Virus record (IMG/VR): IMGVR_UViG_3300021475_000013
Location: 1 to 61,939 of that record
Source: a virus
Lineage: Duplodnaviria; Caudoviricetes
Length of the DNA: 61,939 bases
Reading direction: 5' to 3' (one strand)
Shown here: positions 1 to 8,956 of the stretch, in pieces
Numbering within the stretch: the stretch's first letter is position 1
Layout: the number at the start of each line of letters is the position of its first letter
Made by a program: the position numbers and the translations under genes
The notes under the pieces: model-generated
Database searches by the model: none
What the model saw: only the letters and a program-made list of their open reading frames with translations
What the model was told of the DNA's origin: nothing

Positions 1-127
1 AGCGATAAATACATGTTGGTAAACGTCACAATGCCATTCGGATAGTCAATCGTATAGTTACTTGATGCGACTGCTACTCCGTTGTTGTACACAGTTAATG
101 GCTGGCTAGGCGCCCAAAGCTGATAAT
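1..127. repeat. Terminal direct repeat (assembly overlap) identical to 61813-61939; genome is a 61,812-bp circle
   Basis: The first 127 nt (agcgataaat...gctgataat) recur exactly at the end, and an ORF reads through the junction. Confidence 0.97.
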
Positions 128-734
128 AAAGAGGTGCTTGATACGCTCGCGTTGACCCTACCTGCGCCAAGGCAAGATTTGTATACGCAGTCCCGTATCC
201 GAACGTGTAATTCGCCCAAAGAACGCCTAGAGGCGTCTTATCGACGATTTCTGCAGGCATAGGTGATCCTGCGCCCGCACCAGAGTTAGAAAGCAATGGA
301 ACGATACGAAAATAGCCCTTATCTGGGAAATCCTGCAAATAACCCGTAGGTCCAGTATCAATCTGGATAAACCACTTGAGCACCTGAATATAAAGCGTAT
401 TTATTTGCTGATATGGACGATTTTGCATGACCATGGTAACAAGCTGAGGATTGAGCGGTCGAATCTGTATGTTCGACTTCGTCTCATCGATAGTCTGCGT
501 ATCAAACCACCTACGACAAATACGATTGACCTCAGATGATTTTGTTTTGAGTAGATTCTGTAGACGGCCCGAAGTGACAATCGGTGATGATGTCGTGAGT
601 CCAAGACCCACAGCGTATTCTGTCGTCAAAAACTCCGCGACGGACATATACGGATTGTCGACAGCAATAACCATCGGCTTTCCTGATGGTGTATTGTTTG
701 GCGTTGAAAAATAACCTGATGTTTGCGGTTGCAT
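1..734 (-). CDS. Head-tail connector/adaptor protein, 5' part; gene spans the origin and continues 61812->61578 (~322 aa total)
   Basis: Manual translation from ATG at 734 (MQPQTSGYF...NPYMSVAEF...SSEVNRICRRWF...YTFGYG) is open across the junction into the 61578 ORF (IPFDIKQATMLL...LLEPY). The pattern and position downstream of the capsid gene fit a gp6/gp15-like adaptor. Confidence 0.75.
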   Translation of the reverse strand, partial: MQPQTSGYFSTPNNTPSGKPMVIAVDNPYMSVAEFLTTEYAVGLGLTTSSPIVTSGRLQNLLKTKSSEVNRICRRWFDTQTIDETKSNIQIRPLNPQLVTMVMQNRPYQQINTLYIQVLKWFIQIDTGPTGYLQDFPDKGYFRIVPLLSNSGAGAGSPMPAEIVDKTPLGVLWANYTFGYGTAYTNLALAQVGSTRAYQAPLYYQLWAPSQPLTVYNNGVAVASSNYTIDYPNGIVTFTNMYLS

Positions 735-940
735 TACGATATTCTACTCTTAGCGCGCTCGGCTAATATCATCATTTCGACGATTTCTTTTTCCGTCCAA
801 TCTTCCTCACTCAATGCTTTTCTTATATCAGATTCCGATACGCCTTTTATATAGGCCATAATCGGATTCTCGGCAATTTCTTTAGATCGACCTCTATCGT
901 CCTTATTCATGCTCTTGTAAAGTTGTGTGAATCTGGTCAT
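734..940 (-). CDS. Hypothetical protein (head module)
   Basis: 68-aa ORF; its stop overlaps the next start (TAATG). Confidence 0.6.
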   Translation of the reverse strand: MTRFTQLYKSMNKDDRGRSKEIAENPIMAYIKGVSESDIRKALSEEDWTEKEIVEMMILAERAKSRIS

Positions 941-941
941 T

Positions 942-1421
942 TTATTTGTATTTTATTACCTTTGTGTGTTTTCTTGAATTACAGCTTCGACACAACGGCT
1001 GTATGTTCTCAATATTATCTGAACCACCCTTTGAAAGAGGTATGATATGGTCTTGGTTCAATTTTATCTCTGGCTCTTTTTTACCGCATCCTAGGCAGGT
1101 CCAGTTGTATTGTGCTTTCAAATTTTCCCATTCTGAAACAGTGTGAGATCCTCCATTTCCTATTCTTCTAGCCCTTCTTCTTAAGGCATAGAATATAGCT
1201 TTTTCCATATTCCTCTCTCTCCACCTCTTTGCAGATGTTTTACTTATACCCCCTTTCCAATTTGCCGCATTTTCTCCCTTTCTTTTACTAGCATTTTTGC
1301 TCAAAATCATACGTGTTTTCTTAGAGTGAGTTCTTGCAAAGCCTGCAAGACTTAACTTTCTTCTTGTCTCTTCACTCGCTACTTTTCCAACACGTATTTT
1401 ATGACCTTTTGTAAACGGCAT
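942..1421 (-). CDS. HNH homing endonuclease with NUMOD3-like N-terminus
   Basis: SEETRRKLS / [11 protein letters not shown]-terminus; CLGC...[31 protein letters not shown] motif. Confidence 0.92.
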   Translation of the reverse strand: MPFTKGHKIRVGKVASEETRRKLSLAGFARTHSKKTRMILSKNASKRKGENAANWKGGISKTSAKRWRERNMEKAIFYALRRRARRIGNGGSHTVSEWENLKAQYNWTCLGCGKKEPEIKLNQDHIIPLSKGGSDNIENIQPLCRSCNSRKHTKVIKYK

Positions 1422-1445
1422 ATTTGGATTCTTCAGCTCTTACCT

Positions 1446-1454
1446 ATTATACCA
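1446..1454 (-). promoter_or_regulatory. Extended -10 promoter for the HNH gene
   Basis: Minus strand reads TGGTATAAT ~25 nt upstream of the ATG at 1421. Confidence 0.6.
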
Positions 1455-1474
1455 ACAACCACCTCAAAATGACT

Positions 1475-2671
1475 TTATAGGTGCTTTTCTAGTGCATCGT
1501 GGAACATTTTTATCTTGTGTTCCCATAGCCAATTCTCCCTGACGTACTTAGCGGCCGCTTTGCCTTTCTTCTTAACTTCATCTCTGTTGTTATATGCATA
1601 CTTCATCAACTCAACCAAGTGATCCAATGATGGTTCAGCCCATTTGCCACACTCTTCTTTGTAAACAGTATCCGTAAATTCTTTGGCGGGTGCCAATACG
1701 AAATCTAACGGCCAACCGACTTCCGTATTCATATACTCGCAAGGACCAGACCAATTCGTGACGATCGCAGGAATGCCTGTAGCCATTGCTTCAAGCGGTG
1801 TGAGCCCGAAGCCCTCGCCCCTAGTGGGAAAAACGAAACAATCCACTTTCTTAAAGAAATTCTCAACTAGATCGTGATGATCCACAGGTGTCATATCGAC
1901 TTTTACCCGTTTATCCTTCGTAGCATAGAAAAAACCATAGGTGCTTGTCTTGCAAATAAGTTGCACGTCCTTCTCAGTCGGAAATGCTTTGAGGAACGCA
2001 TCTACAAGAATATCCGTACCCTTGCGCTTTGAAAGCGATCCCATAGTTCCGAACGTGAACGGACGATACGGCGTACGCTCAACTTCATAAAACTTCTCAG
2101 GATCAACACCCCAATGAATGAGCTCAATCGGCACAGTAACGCCTGACTCCTTAAACGCATCGATGTTCTGCTTACAAGGGACTAGAAGTGCGTCGCACGC
2201 ATTGATTCTTGATATCCATGACGCAGGAATAATCGTTGTCTCAAACGGCACAATCGCTATTTTCTTTTGGAACGGCAATTTTGCCCATTGATGCTTCGGT
2301 TGTTCATGAATGATTGCCGCTCCCCTCGGATTAATCGCGCGCGTAGACGCCTCAATGACTTCCCTATTATTCAAATTCAAAATCTTCCCGAGCTGTGAAA
2401 CATTGTATTCAGAAGAGCTGTTTTTTATGAGATTCAGGCTCACATTTCCCCATCCGCTCACATTATCGATATCGCTTACAAAAAGGAACTCCCTTCCAGT
2501 CCTAAAAGAATCTGGATCGTACGGTTGTGTCTCCGTTGAAAAATCGACAGGACATATCTTTCCAAGACGAAGCGCGGTAGATAAATCTAAATCTACATCT
2601 ACATTCGTATCGTAGAACTTTCCATTATAGAAAATACCTCTTGATTTAGCGTCGTTGATTCGTGCTTTCAT
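1475..2671 (-). CDS. Glycosyltransferase family 4 (GT-B)
   Basis: SGWG N-terminal loop, RKGTDIL, and FVFPTRGEGFGLTPLEAMATGIP (EX7E motif). Confidence 0.92.
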   Translation of the reverse strand: MKARINDAKSRGIFYNGKFYDTNVDVDLDLSTALRLGKICPVDFSTETQPYDPDSFRTGREFLFVSDIDNVSGWGNVSLNLIKNSSSEYNVSQLGKILNLNNREVIEASTRAINPRGAAIIHEQPKHQWAKLPFQKKIAIVPFETTIIPASWISRINACDALLVPCKQNIDAFKESGVTVPIELIHWGVDPEKFYEVERTPYRPFTFGTMGSLSKRKGTDILVDAFLKAFPTEKDVQLICKTSTYGFFYATKDKRVKVDMTPVDHHDLVENFFKKVDCFVFPTRGEGFGLTPLEAMATGIPAIVTNWSGPCEYMNTEVGWPLDFVLAPAKEFTDTVYKEECGKWAEPSLDHLVELMKYAYNNRDEVKKKGKAAAKYVRENWLWEHKIKMFHDALEKHL

Positions 2672-2735
2672 AGATGTGGGTAACTTTGTTATGTACTCAT
2701 TTACATAAAACTAATAAAATGATAGGGTGGTATTT

Positions 2736-3338
2736 ATGCATAAGTGTAAACTATGTAAAATATTATTTCAACCATGCAGGGGTGCACGGGGTGTGTATTG
2801 CTCGTCTAAATGCTGGGCTAGATCACCTGAAAAGGCACGTATAAATAGACATGCCTTGAAAGGCAAAAAACTGTCTAAAGCTCATAAATTGAAGATGAGG
2901 ATGGCTAAGTTAGGTAAAAAACAACCTAGAGAATTAGTCGAAAAAAGAATTGCATCTATACGATCAAATGGTAATTGGAAATGGAAGAAAAGCACTATAC
3001 TCAAACGAGCGAATGCCAATAGAGGTCAGAAAAGAACTGGAAAAGCATACCAAAATATCCTTGATGGAATTGCTCGATCTCATGGATATAAAAATTACAA
3101 ATCTATACCCCATGAAGATAATCCTGACTGGCGGGGTCCTGAATGGAAGAAAATAAGGGAAGAAATAAAGAAAAGGGATGGATACAAATGCCAAAAGTGT
3201 CCAAAAACAAAACGCTTGCAGGTCCATCACATAGTTCCATGGAGAAAAACTCATGATAATTCTCCGTCGAATCTCATTACTCTTTGCATTAATTGTCATC
3301 AAAGGGAAAAAGGTATAAACAAAAAACCCACTCGTTAG
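2736..3338 (+). CDS. HNH homing endonuclease (inverted relative to the operon)
   Basis: N-terminal CxxC/CxxxC; RDGYKCQKC...LQVHHIVPW...NLITLCINCH. ATG at 2736 is preferred over GTG at 2727. Confidence 0.9.
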   Translation: MHKCKLCKILFQPCRGARGVYCSSKCWARSPEKARINRHALKGKKLSKAHKLKMRMAKLGKKQPRELVEKRIASIRSNGNWKWKKSTILKRANANRGQKRTGKAYQNILDGIARSHGYKNYKSIPHEDNPDWRGPEWKKIREEIKKRDGYKCQKCPKTKRLQVHHIVPWRKTHDNSPSNLITLCINCHQREKGINKKPTR

Positions 3339-3350
3339 AGTGAGTCTTTT
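3320..3350. terminator. Bidirectional intrinsic terminator between the HNH and major capsid genes
   Basis: AAAAAA-ACCCACTC-GTTA-GAGTGAGT-CTTTT hairpin flanked by A and T tracts. Confidence 0.75.
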
Positions 3351-3376
3351 GATTACCGAACGAATCTGGCCTGTTT

Positions 3377-4420
3377 TTAAGCAGGATCCGAGATGTTGGT
3401 CACCTGACCAACCCACGGCTCGGCCTTGAGGGCGAGGACCAAATATTCGTTGAGGTAAAAACGCACAGTATCTGCAATCTTCGCAAGCTCTGTGCGACCC
3501 AGCGGTACAAGGTCAACCATCTGGACTCCCTGCTCATCATGTCTGAGGAAGTAAGCCGAGCTTACAGTGTTTCCCGTAGCACCCGACGAACCTGCTTGGT
3601 TGATCGGATACGGAAGAGCTGGGTTAACGAAGAAGTCACCTACAATCGGAATCGGTCCAAGTGCCGTCTGATAAGAGACCGCATTGAGACCAGCCGTGAG
3701 ATTAACTTCACGAGAATCTAGCTGAACGAGATAGCGGGCGGCAGGCGCGATTATTTGATTAACCACGGTCTGAATCCCGAACGAACAGTAGATGCCATCG
3801 ATTTTGGAGCCGCCCTGAAGACGAATCAATTTAATGATTTTGTCGAACACAGGGATCGTAGTACCCGTCGCGGTAAGTGCCGCGGCCGCGTTGTTGTACA
3901 CGTTAGTGACGATCGATACAGCCAATCCGTTGAAAGAAAGGGTGTTAACCGATGCGTCACCGTTGAAGTCAGCCCACTCTTCCGCCTGAACAATTCTGCG
4001 GAGTGCGGCTTCTGCAACTTCTGCCTCAATATCGATGTAAGAACGACCAGAAGCAATCATAGGACCAGTGATGACAGCCGTAGTACCGAGGTACACGTAG
4101 GCCGCCGTCTTTTGGGTGTACGCAGGATCAGTCGACGGTGGAAGGTTGCCGTCCGCATAGAACAGCGAAACCAAACCAGAGGGACCATCTGCCGTAGTGT
4201 CCAAACGAGTGCGCTGGTTCCAAAGGTGCGCGAGACCCTCTCCCTTCATGCGTGAAACGCGATCACGGAAAGGCGTCTGGCGATCCGACAGAACAACAAT
4301 GGCGCTCTCAAGGTCTTGACGAGCCAAGAGGGAGTTCGGAGTAGGACCAGCGAACGAAATGTTCACCGATTTCTCGAACTTACTCAAAGCATTTTCGAGT
4401 CTTGAAAAATCTGAACTCAT
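3377..4420 (-). CDS. Major capsid protein
   Basis: 347 aa directly downstream of the protease-scaffold gene; EEWADFNGD...SFNGL, GPIPIVGDFF and C-terminal LALKAE patterns typical of HK97-fold capsids; followed by a terminator. Confidence 0.88.
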   Translation of the reverse strand: MSSDFSRLENALSKFEKSVNISFAGPTPNSLLARQDLESAIVVLSDRQTPFRDRVSRMKGEGLAHLWNQRTRLDTTADGPSGLVSLFYADGNLPPSTDPAYTQKTAAYVYLGTTAVITGPMIASGRSYIDIEAEVAEAALRRIVQAEEWADFNGDASVNTLSFNGLAVSIVTNVYNNAAAALTATGTTIPVFDKIIKLIRLQGGSKIDGIYCSFGIQTVVNQIIAPAARYLVQLDSREVNLTAGLNAVSYQTALGPIPIVGDFFVNPALPYPINQAGSSGATGNTVSSAYFLRHDEQGVQMVDLVPLGRTELAKIADTVRFYLNEYLVLALKAEPWVGQVTNISDPA

Positions 4421-4533
4421 ATATTTTTGCCTTAACTAATAATACCCAACAACTCATCTCACAAGTAATAGGTCTTTCGAGCTATATCCTGCAAGCATTG
4501 AGACTATCGACGATAGTCCTCTGGGTTCTTCCA

Positions 4534-6147
4534 CTAAGACTGCTCTTGTGGAGCAATCGAAGAGAATTTGGATTTGAAGACCGACTTAAAGTCCTGAGGA
4601 CCTTTGTCGCTCTTTTGGACTTCCTCCACGGCTTTGGCGGTCAGTGCGTATTTCTTTCCATCTTTCGTGACCATGTAAGGAACTCCCATTGAAACCGATT
4701 TCTTGAAGCCTGCTTCTTTAAGCATACCCATCAAGTCCGACTGCAATCCAGAATCGGTACGGATTGCATCCGCGATCATCTGAGCAAGCCCAGGTACTCG
4801 CGTACCCGACTTCTCAAACTTTTCCGCCATCGTATCAGCAAACATTGCGACGGAAACCGCAAAGCGGTCGATGCTGGACACCTTTGACTCAGCAGATTTC
4901 TCTACCTTGTCTGTCTTTTCAGACTTAGTGACCTTGACTGACTTCATACCCTTAGTAAGTCCGTCGATATGAGCGATCGCATCAGAGATGCTTTTCATCT
5001 CATAATCCTTTTCGTCTTTCTTGTCTTCATCGTCTGCCGCTTTCTCAGTATCCTTTTCCTCGTCTTTTTTATCATCGTCAGCGGCTTTTTCCGTGTCTTC
5101 CTCTTTGTCATCTTTCTTGTCTTCTGCCTTAGCGGTCTGCTGTTCCTCTTCCTTCGGCTTGTCCTTGCTAGGATTCTCCGTCTCACGAGCATTATTTGCC
5201 GCAGTCTTCTTACCCTCAGCATCCTTAGTACCATTACCGCCATCATCTTCCTGACCCTCGCGAGCCTTGGCAGTCTGCTGTGTATCATCTTCCGCCTTAT
5301 CCTTATTAGGATTTACGGTCTCCTTCGGAGAATCACCCATAGCCTTGATAAGATTACCGATACCAGAAAATCCCTTTGCAACAAGATCAGCAAGTTTATC
5401 AAACTGACCTTTCGTAACGAAAGATTTCTCAGTCTCTTTCATTTCATCCTTCTTCTCTTCTTTGTTGTCTTCTTTTGACATATCTTTATTAACTAAATTA
5501 CTAATTTTTTCCCATTTATTGTCTGGAACAGACTTCGCAAATTGCACCAAATAATCAAGCTTGGGATTTTCAAACAAAAACTTGTTATACATCGGCGAGT
5601 CATAATATGGACTCACGTCTGCATCCTTTGCCTTGATACTCTTCGCAAAGAGCCACGCATCATAATTGGCGGGCTTCCTTGTGACCGACACCTCATCAAG
5701 GACGACATCATAAAATGTTTTTACCATCTTACCCGTCGACTCGACCATTTCACGGACTGCGTTTCTCACGCGACCGCCGACCGAAAGTCCGTACTTTGAT
5801 CCTTTCTTGAGGTTCTCGTGCAACATTGGACCAGCTGGATGTGAAGCATCAATCGCGGCGCGGATCCATAGCTGGTTACGTGAATCCACCCACGCTTTAT
5901 ATACATTACCAATTATAGCGGCTTTCTCTGCATTATGTTCATACCTGAGAGGTACGCCTTGATCATTGACCATACTTGCCATAGATTTAAGCGCATCCAT
6001 AGCCATTCTTTCGTTGTCATGATCCACATTAACAGTGCTCGCAATACCCTCAACGATCAGCTTTCCGTCTTCCTCCGTAGCCATAGCTTTTTCTATGTAG
6101 AACTCGAATGGAAACTCACCTTTTGCTTCTAAAGTGATCTTACTCAT
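4534..6147 (-). CDS. Prohead (maturation) protease fused to an acidic scaffold domain
   Basis: VEGIAST..VDHDNE, YEH (His), GLSVGG (Ser) and EVSVTRKPAN match the HK97-type protease; long D/E/K-rich C-terminal region. Confidence 0.9.
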   Translation of the reverse strand: MSKITLEAKGEFPFEFYIEKAMATEEDGKLIVEGIASTVNVDHDNERMAMDALKSMASMVNDQGVPLRYEHNAEKAAIIGNVYKAWVDSRNQLWIRAAIDASHPAGPMLHENLKKGSKYGLSVGGRVRNAVREMVESTGKMVKTFYDVVLDEVSVTRKPANYDAWLFAKSIKAKDADVSPYYDSPMYNKFLFENPKLDYLVQFAKSVPDNKWEKISNLVNKDMSKEDNKEEKKDEMKETEKSFVTKGQFDKLADLVAKGFSGIGNLIKAMGDSPKETVNPNKDKAEDDTQQTAKAREGQEDDGGNGTKDAEGKKTAANNARETENPSKDKPKEEEQQTAKAEDKKDDKEEDTEKAADDDKKDEEKDTEKAADDEDKKDEKDYEMKSISDAIAHIDGLTKGMKSVKVTKSEKTDKVEKSAESKVSSIDRFAVSVAMFADTMAEKFEKSGTRVPGLAQMIADAIRTDSGLQSDLMGMLKEAGFKKSVSMGVPYMVTKDGKKYALTAKAVEEVQKSDKGPQDFKSVFKSKFSSIAPQEQS

Positions 6148-6149
6148 GA

Positions 6150-6389
6150 CTATGTTTGGTTACCGACACCATTTGTTGCAACCCAATACTGAATACCCTG
6201 ATTATCCTTGTACGAAAGTACAAGTGATGCCGCAAACTTAGAAAAGACCGCGCCGCTTGTCGGCGTTATCGTGTAGTATTGATTCTGATTTGTTGAATCA
6301 AACGCCGTAACAACACTCTGAACGGTGTAATTCTTACCGCCATGTGCTACCACATCTCCTGCTACTATCGTACTTAAAAATGCACTCAT
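6150..6389 (-). CDS. Small hypothetical protein, possibly head-associated
   Basis: Beta-rich, T/N/Y-rich 79 aa from ATG 6389, located in the head module. Confidence 0.55.
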   Translation of the reverse strand: MSAFLSTIVAGDVVAHGGKNYTVQSVVTAFDSTNQNQYYTITPTSGAVFSKFAASLVLSYKDNQGIQYWVATNGVGNQT

Positions 6390-6399
6390 ATTTTTATAA

Positions 6400-7383
6400 T
6401 TAATTTTTAATTTTACCCAACTCACCCAACGCTTTGCACATTGAATGATGATTTTGATCCTCCAAAATGTCGTATGCGCCCTTTGATACCTTCCTACCGA
6501 CCGCCTCGCCGACCTGCTTGACGTAATTCTTCCAATCCTCTTTTACATCTCCGCCGTCAGAGTATCCATTCTTATCCCAGATGCGTGAATCTGTACGCAT
6601 GAGTGATTCGGCTTCATTTCTGACAGCCGCGCCATCCTTATCGTCTACAGATTTCTGTACGATTTCTCCCTTCCAAAAATCTTTGAATGATTTCCCCATA
6701 CGCTCCTTAATTGTATCTTTCAGACCCTTCTTTTGTTCACTGATGATATCAGACTTTATTTCAGCCTTTTCTTTCTTAGTATCAGCGTCCTTTGCATCGT
6801 CTTTAAGGTCTTTGAGATTACCAACGACCGACTTGGTCTTATTTTGATCCAGAACTCTCTGTACAGTCGCCTCATCGTAGTCTTCATCCGTTTCTAATCC
6901 CAGTCGCTCTGCTATATCTCGAGCATTCATACCTTGACGATGTAAATCCATTATCTTCTTGTCTTCTGCTGGCCCATACGTAGCGTTCTTTCCTACCCTT
7001 GAATACTCACCCGCTTTCCTATTTACTTCATCAGAAAGCTCATAATCCTCGGGCGGGCACTTCTCTCCTTCCAAATCCTGATCGGCTAAAAGAGAATTAG
7101 GCACGGGTCCTGCGTCGGCGGTAGATACAGCTTTTGCCTTCCATGTATCTTTGAAAGACTTCTTGCTGTCTGCTTTATGATTTTCTTGATTATGTAATGC
7201 CATGTTGGTAACTTTAGCTCCACACTTCGGACACACTGGTAGTTTTGAAACTTCCTCATCTGTTGCAGGTGTGTATGTCTTCTCCGCTTCCTCATCCACA
7301 TACGAACTAATAGGTACACCATTCTTGTCATATGTGACGTGAACGGTATTCTTTTCCAACCATGTATCTTTGAATTTACTCAT
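6400..7383 (-). CDS. Putative internal head (poly)protein with capsid N-arm mimic, Zn-finger and HTH modules
   Basis: AGPVPNSLLADQDLE copy of the capsid N-terminus; three (K/S)(S/K)FKDxW repeats; CPKC..H..H; IMDLHRQGMNARDIAERLG HTH. ATG at 7383 follows TATAAT. Confidence 0.65.
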   Translation of the reverse strand: MSKFKDTWLEKNTVHVTYDKNGVPISSYVDEEAEKTYTPATDEEVSKLPVCPKCGAKVTNMALHNQENHKADSKKSFKDTWKAKAVSTADAGPVPNSLLADQDLEGEKCPPEDYELSDEVNRKAGEYSRVGKNATYGPAEDKKIMDLHRQGMNARDIAERLGLETDEDYDEATVQRVLDQNKTKSVVGNLKDLKDDAKDADTKKEKAEIKSDIISEQKKGLKDTIKERMGKSFKDFWKGEIVQKSVDDKDGAAVRNEAESLMRTDSRIWDKNGYSDGGDVKEDWKNYVKQVGEAVGRKVSKGAYDILEDQNHHSMCKALGELGKIKN

Positions 7384-7416
7384 ACTTGAATTATATCCAC
7401 TTATATACCGATTTGT

Positions 7417-7449
7417 TAAAACTAGCCCCACGCGCGTGCGAGGGGCTAG
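7417..7449 (-). terminator. Intrinsic terminator
   Basis: Minus strand CTAGCCCC-loop-GGGGCTAG-TTTT. Confidence 0.75.
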
Positions 7450-7476
7450 GAACGAGGGTATTAACCTCGCGTAGAT

Positions 7477-7674
7477 TTAGACCACCTCCTCTCCCGTCGG
7501 TACAAGCACCGACGTAATAAGAAACTGGTCTGGATGATCCTGCAGTGCTTGGCGTTTTTGCGACGCTTCACACTCCATTGGAGTCGGACACGCTTCGGTG
7601 TCCGTCGAGAAAAGAACGAATGGCTCTTCATGACGAAGGAACTTTTTGCAAGTTCCGCAGATTATCTTACACAT
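7477..7674 (-). CDS. Small Cys-rich hypothetical protein
   Basis: 65 aa with CGTC...C..C; overlaps the upstream small ORF and precedes a terminator. Confidence 0.5.
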   Translation of the reverse strand: MCKIICGTCKKFLRHEEPFVLFSTDTEACPTPMECEASQKRQALQDHPDQFLITSVLVPTGEEVV

Positions 7675-7805
7675 TGTAGTGGTTGGAATATGGACGTTTT
7701 AGTTACAGAAACAACGCGGGCGATTATCGCTCCGTTGGAATATTCGATGACAATTTCAAGCAAGAAAGTCTGTCCATCATGGACGACGAAAACTTTGTGT
7801 TTCAA
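7662..7805 (-). CDS. Small hypothetical protein (47 aa, not in ORF track)
   Basis: TTG start preceded by AGGAGGTG and GGGTATAAT; MKHKVFVVHDGQTFLLEIVIEYSNGAIIARVVSVTKTSIFQPLQCVR. Confidence 0.6.
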   Translation of the reverse strand: MKHKVFVVHDGQTFLLEIVIEYSNGAIIARVVSVTKTSIFQPLQCVR

Positions 7806-7837
7806 GGTACACCTCCTAATATAATTATACCCCTTTC

Positions 7838-8956
7838 CTATACCAATCGTGCACGATAATCCCCATCCTCATCTAACTCAAGTGCTACACCACCTTTTGA
7901 CGGTGGCTTGTACCCCGCTCTATACGCATACGTATTCGCCCACCTCAAGAATGAGGGGCATATGACGATCCACTGTGTCATGTATTTCAACCGACAATTC
8001 ATCGAGTCCTCCACCAAGCAGGTCTCCGCTTCCGCTATCGCGTCATGGACATGTCCTTGAACGAAGAACTGAATGTCCGATGTGAAGTTTTTCGGCTTTG
8101 ATGCCATGTTAAGCTTACCGCCCTTAGTCTGAGAGTTTCCGAATCCGTGCTGTATATAAAATGACCACTTGTGATTATTGGCCAATACTGACATGAGAAC
8201 AGGTCCCGCAAAGTATGGAATGGAAAGACGATCACAAAGTATCTTCATAAAATCTATGCCTGTCTTTTTGTACGTACGCCATTCGTGATTACCGCTTGTT
8301 GCAACTAAAATCTTGTGAGCGATAGGCACCAACATCTCTACCATCTCGTCGAGCTGTGATTGCGGATTAACGTTCTGATCGTACGTCATACCACGTCCAT
8401 CGTCGATTGCATTCTCAACTAAATCACCGCCGAGAATGACGTACACGTTATCAGTGTTCTTTATCCACTTCAGATACGATAGAAACTTATCCTTTCGATG
8501 TGCCACATTGCCATAGTGAACATCAAATAGTGGTGCTATATTCATCTTCTTTTCGAAGTCGTTAAGTTGCACCACGATATATGGCTGTGTCGTACCGTCG
8601 GTATCTTTGCCGATATGGTAACTCCAGTCTCTCTTTTTTATATCAAAATCTTTCCTCGGTTCAGGGAGAAGAATGTATACGTTCTCTCCTTTTTCATTTA
8701 TCTGCTTGAACAGATTTAATCCTTCGTACTTCTTTTTAAGGGGTGCAAGACTTTTCAAACGATACAAAACCTCTTTCTCTGTGCGCGCCTTAGAAAGAAA
8801 TATCGGTACGCTATACAATCCATTCTTACTCAATCCAAGTCTTCTCCTTCGGTGTTCTACTTGCTTGAGACTCAATCCAAGCTCACGAGCGATTTCAGGG
8901 TCAGACATTACTTTGTAATGATCTTTTATGAAATCGTTAATCTCGTCGTGTGTCAT
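7838..8956 (-). CDS. Calcineurin-like metallophosphoesterase with N-terminal HTH
   Basis: DVHYG, GGDLVE, GNHE, QHG and GHVH motifs; N-terminal MSDPEIARELGLSLKQVEHRRRRLGL. Confidence 0.88.
   Translation of the reverse strand: MTHDEINDFIKDHYKVMSDPEIARELGLSLKQVEHRRRRLGLSKNGLYSVPIFLSKARTEKEVLYRLKSLAPLKKKYEGLNLFKQINEKGENVYILLPEPRKDFDIKKRDWSYHIGKDTDGTTQPYIVVQLNDFEKKMNIAPLFDVHYGNVAHRKDKFLSYLKWIKNTDNVYVILGGDLVENAIDDGRGMTYDQNVNPQSQLDEMVEMLVPIAHKILVATSGNHEWRTYKKTGIDFMKILCDRLSIPYFAGPVLMSVLANNHKWSFYIQHGFGNSQTKGGKLNMASKPKNFTSDIQFFVQGHVHDAIAEAETCLVEDSMNCRLKYMTQWIVICPSFLRWANTYAYRAGYKPPSKGGVALELDEDGDYRARLV

Noticed and set aside
4990-5470. Repetitive DNA suggesting a CRISPR array or tandem repeat
   Set aside because: It encodes the low-complexity D/E/K scaffold region; there is no constant repeat-spacer periodicity.
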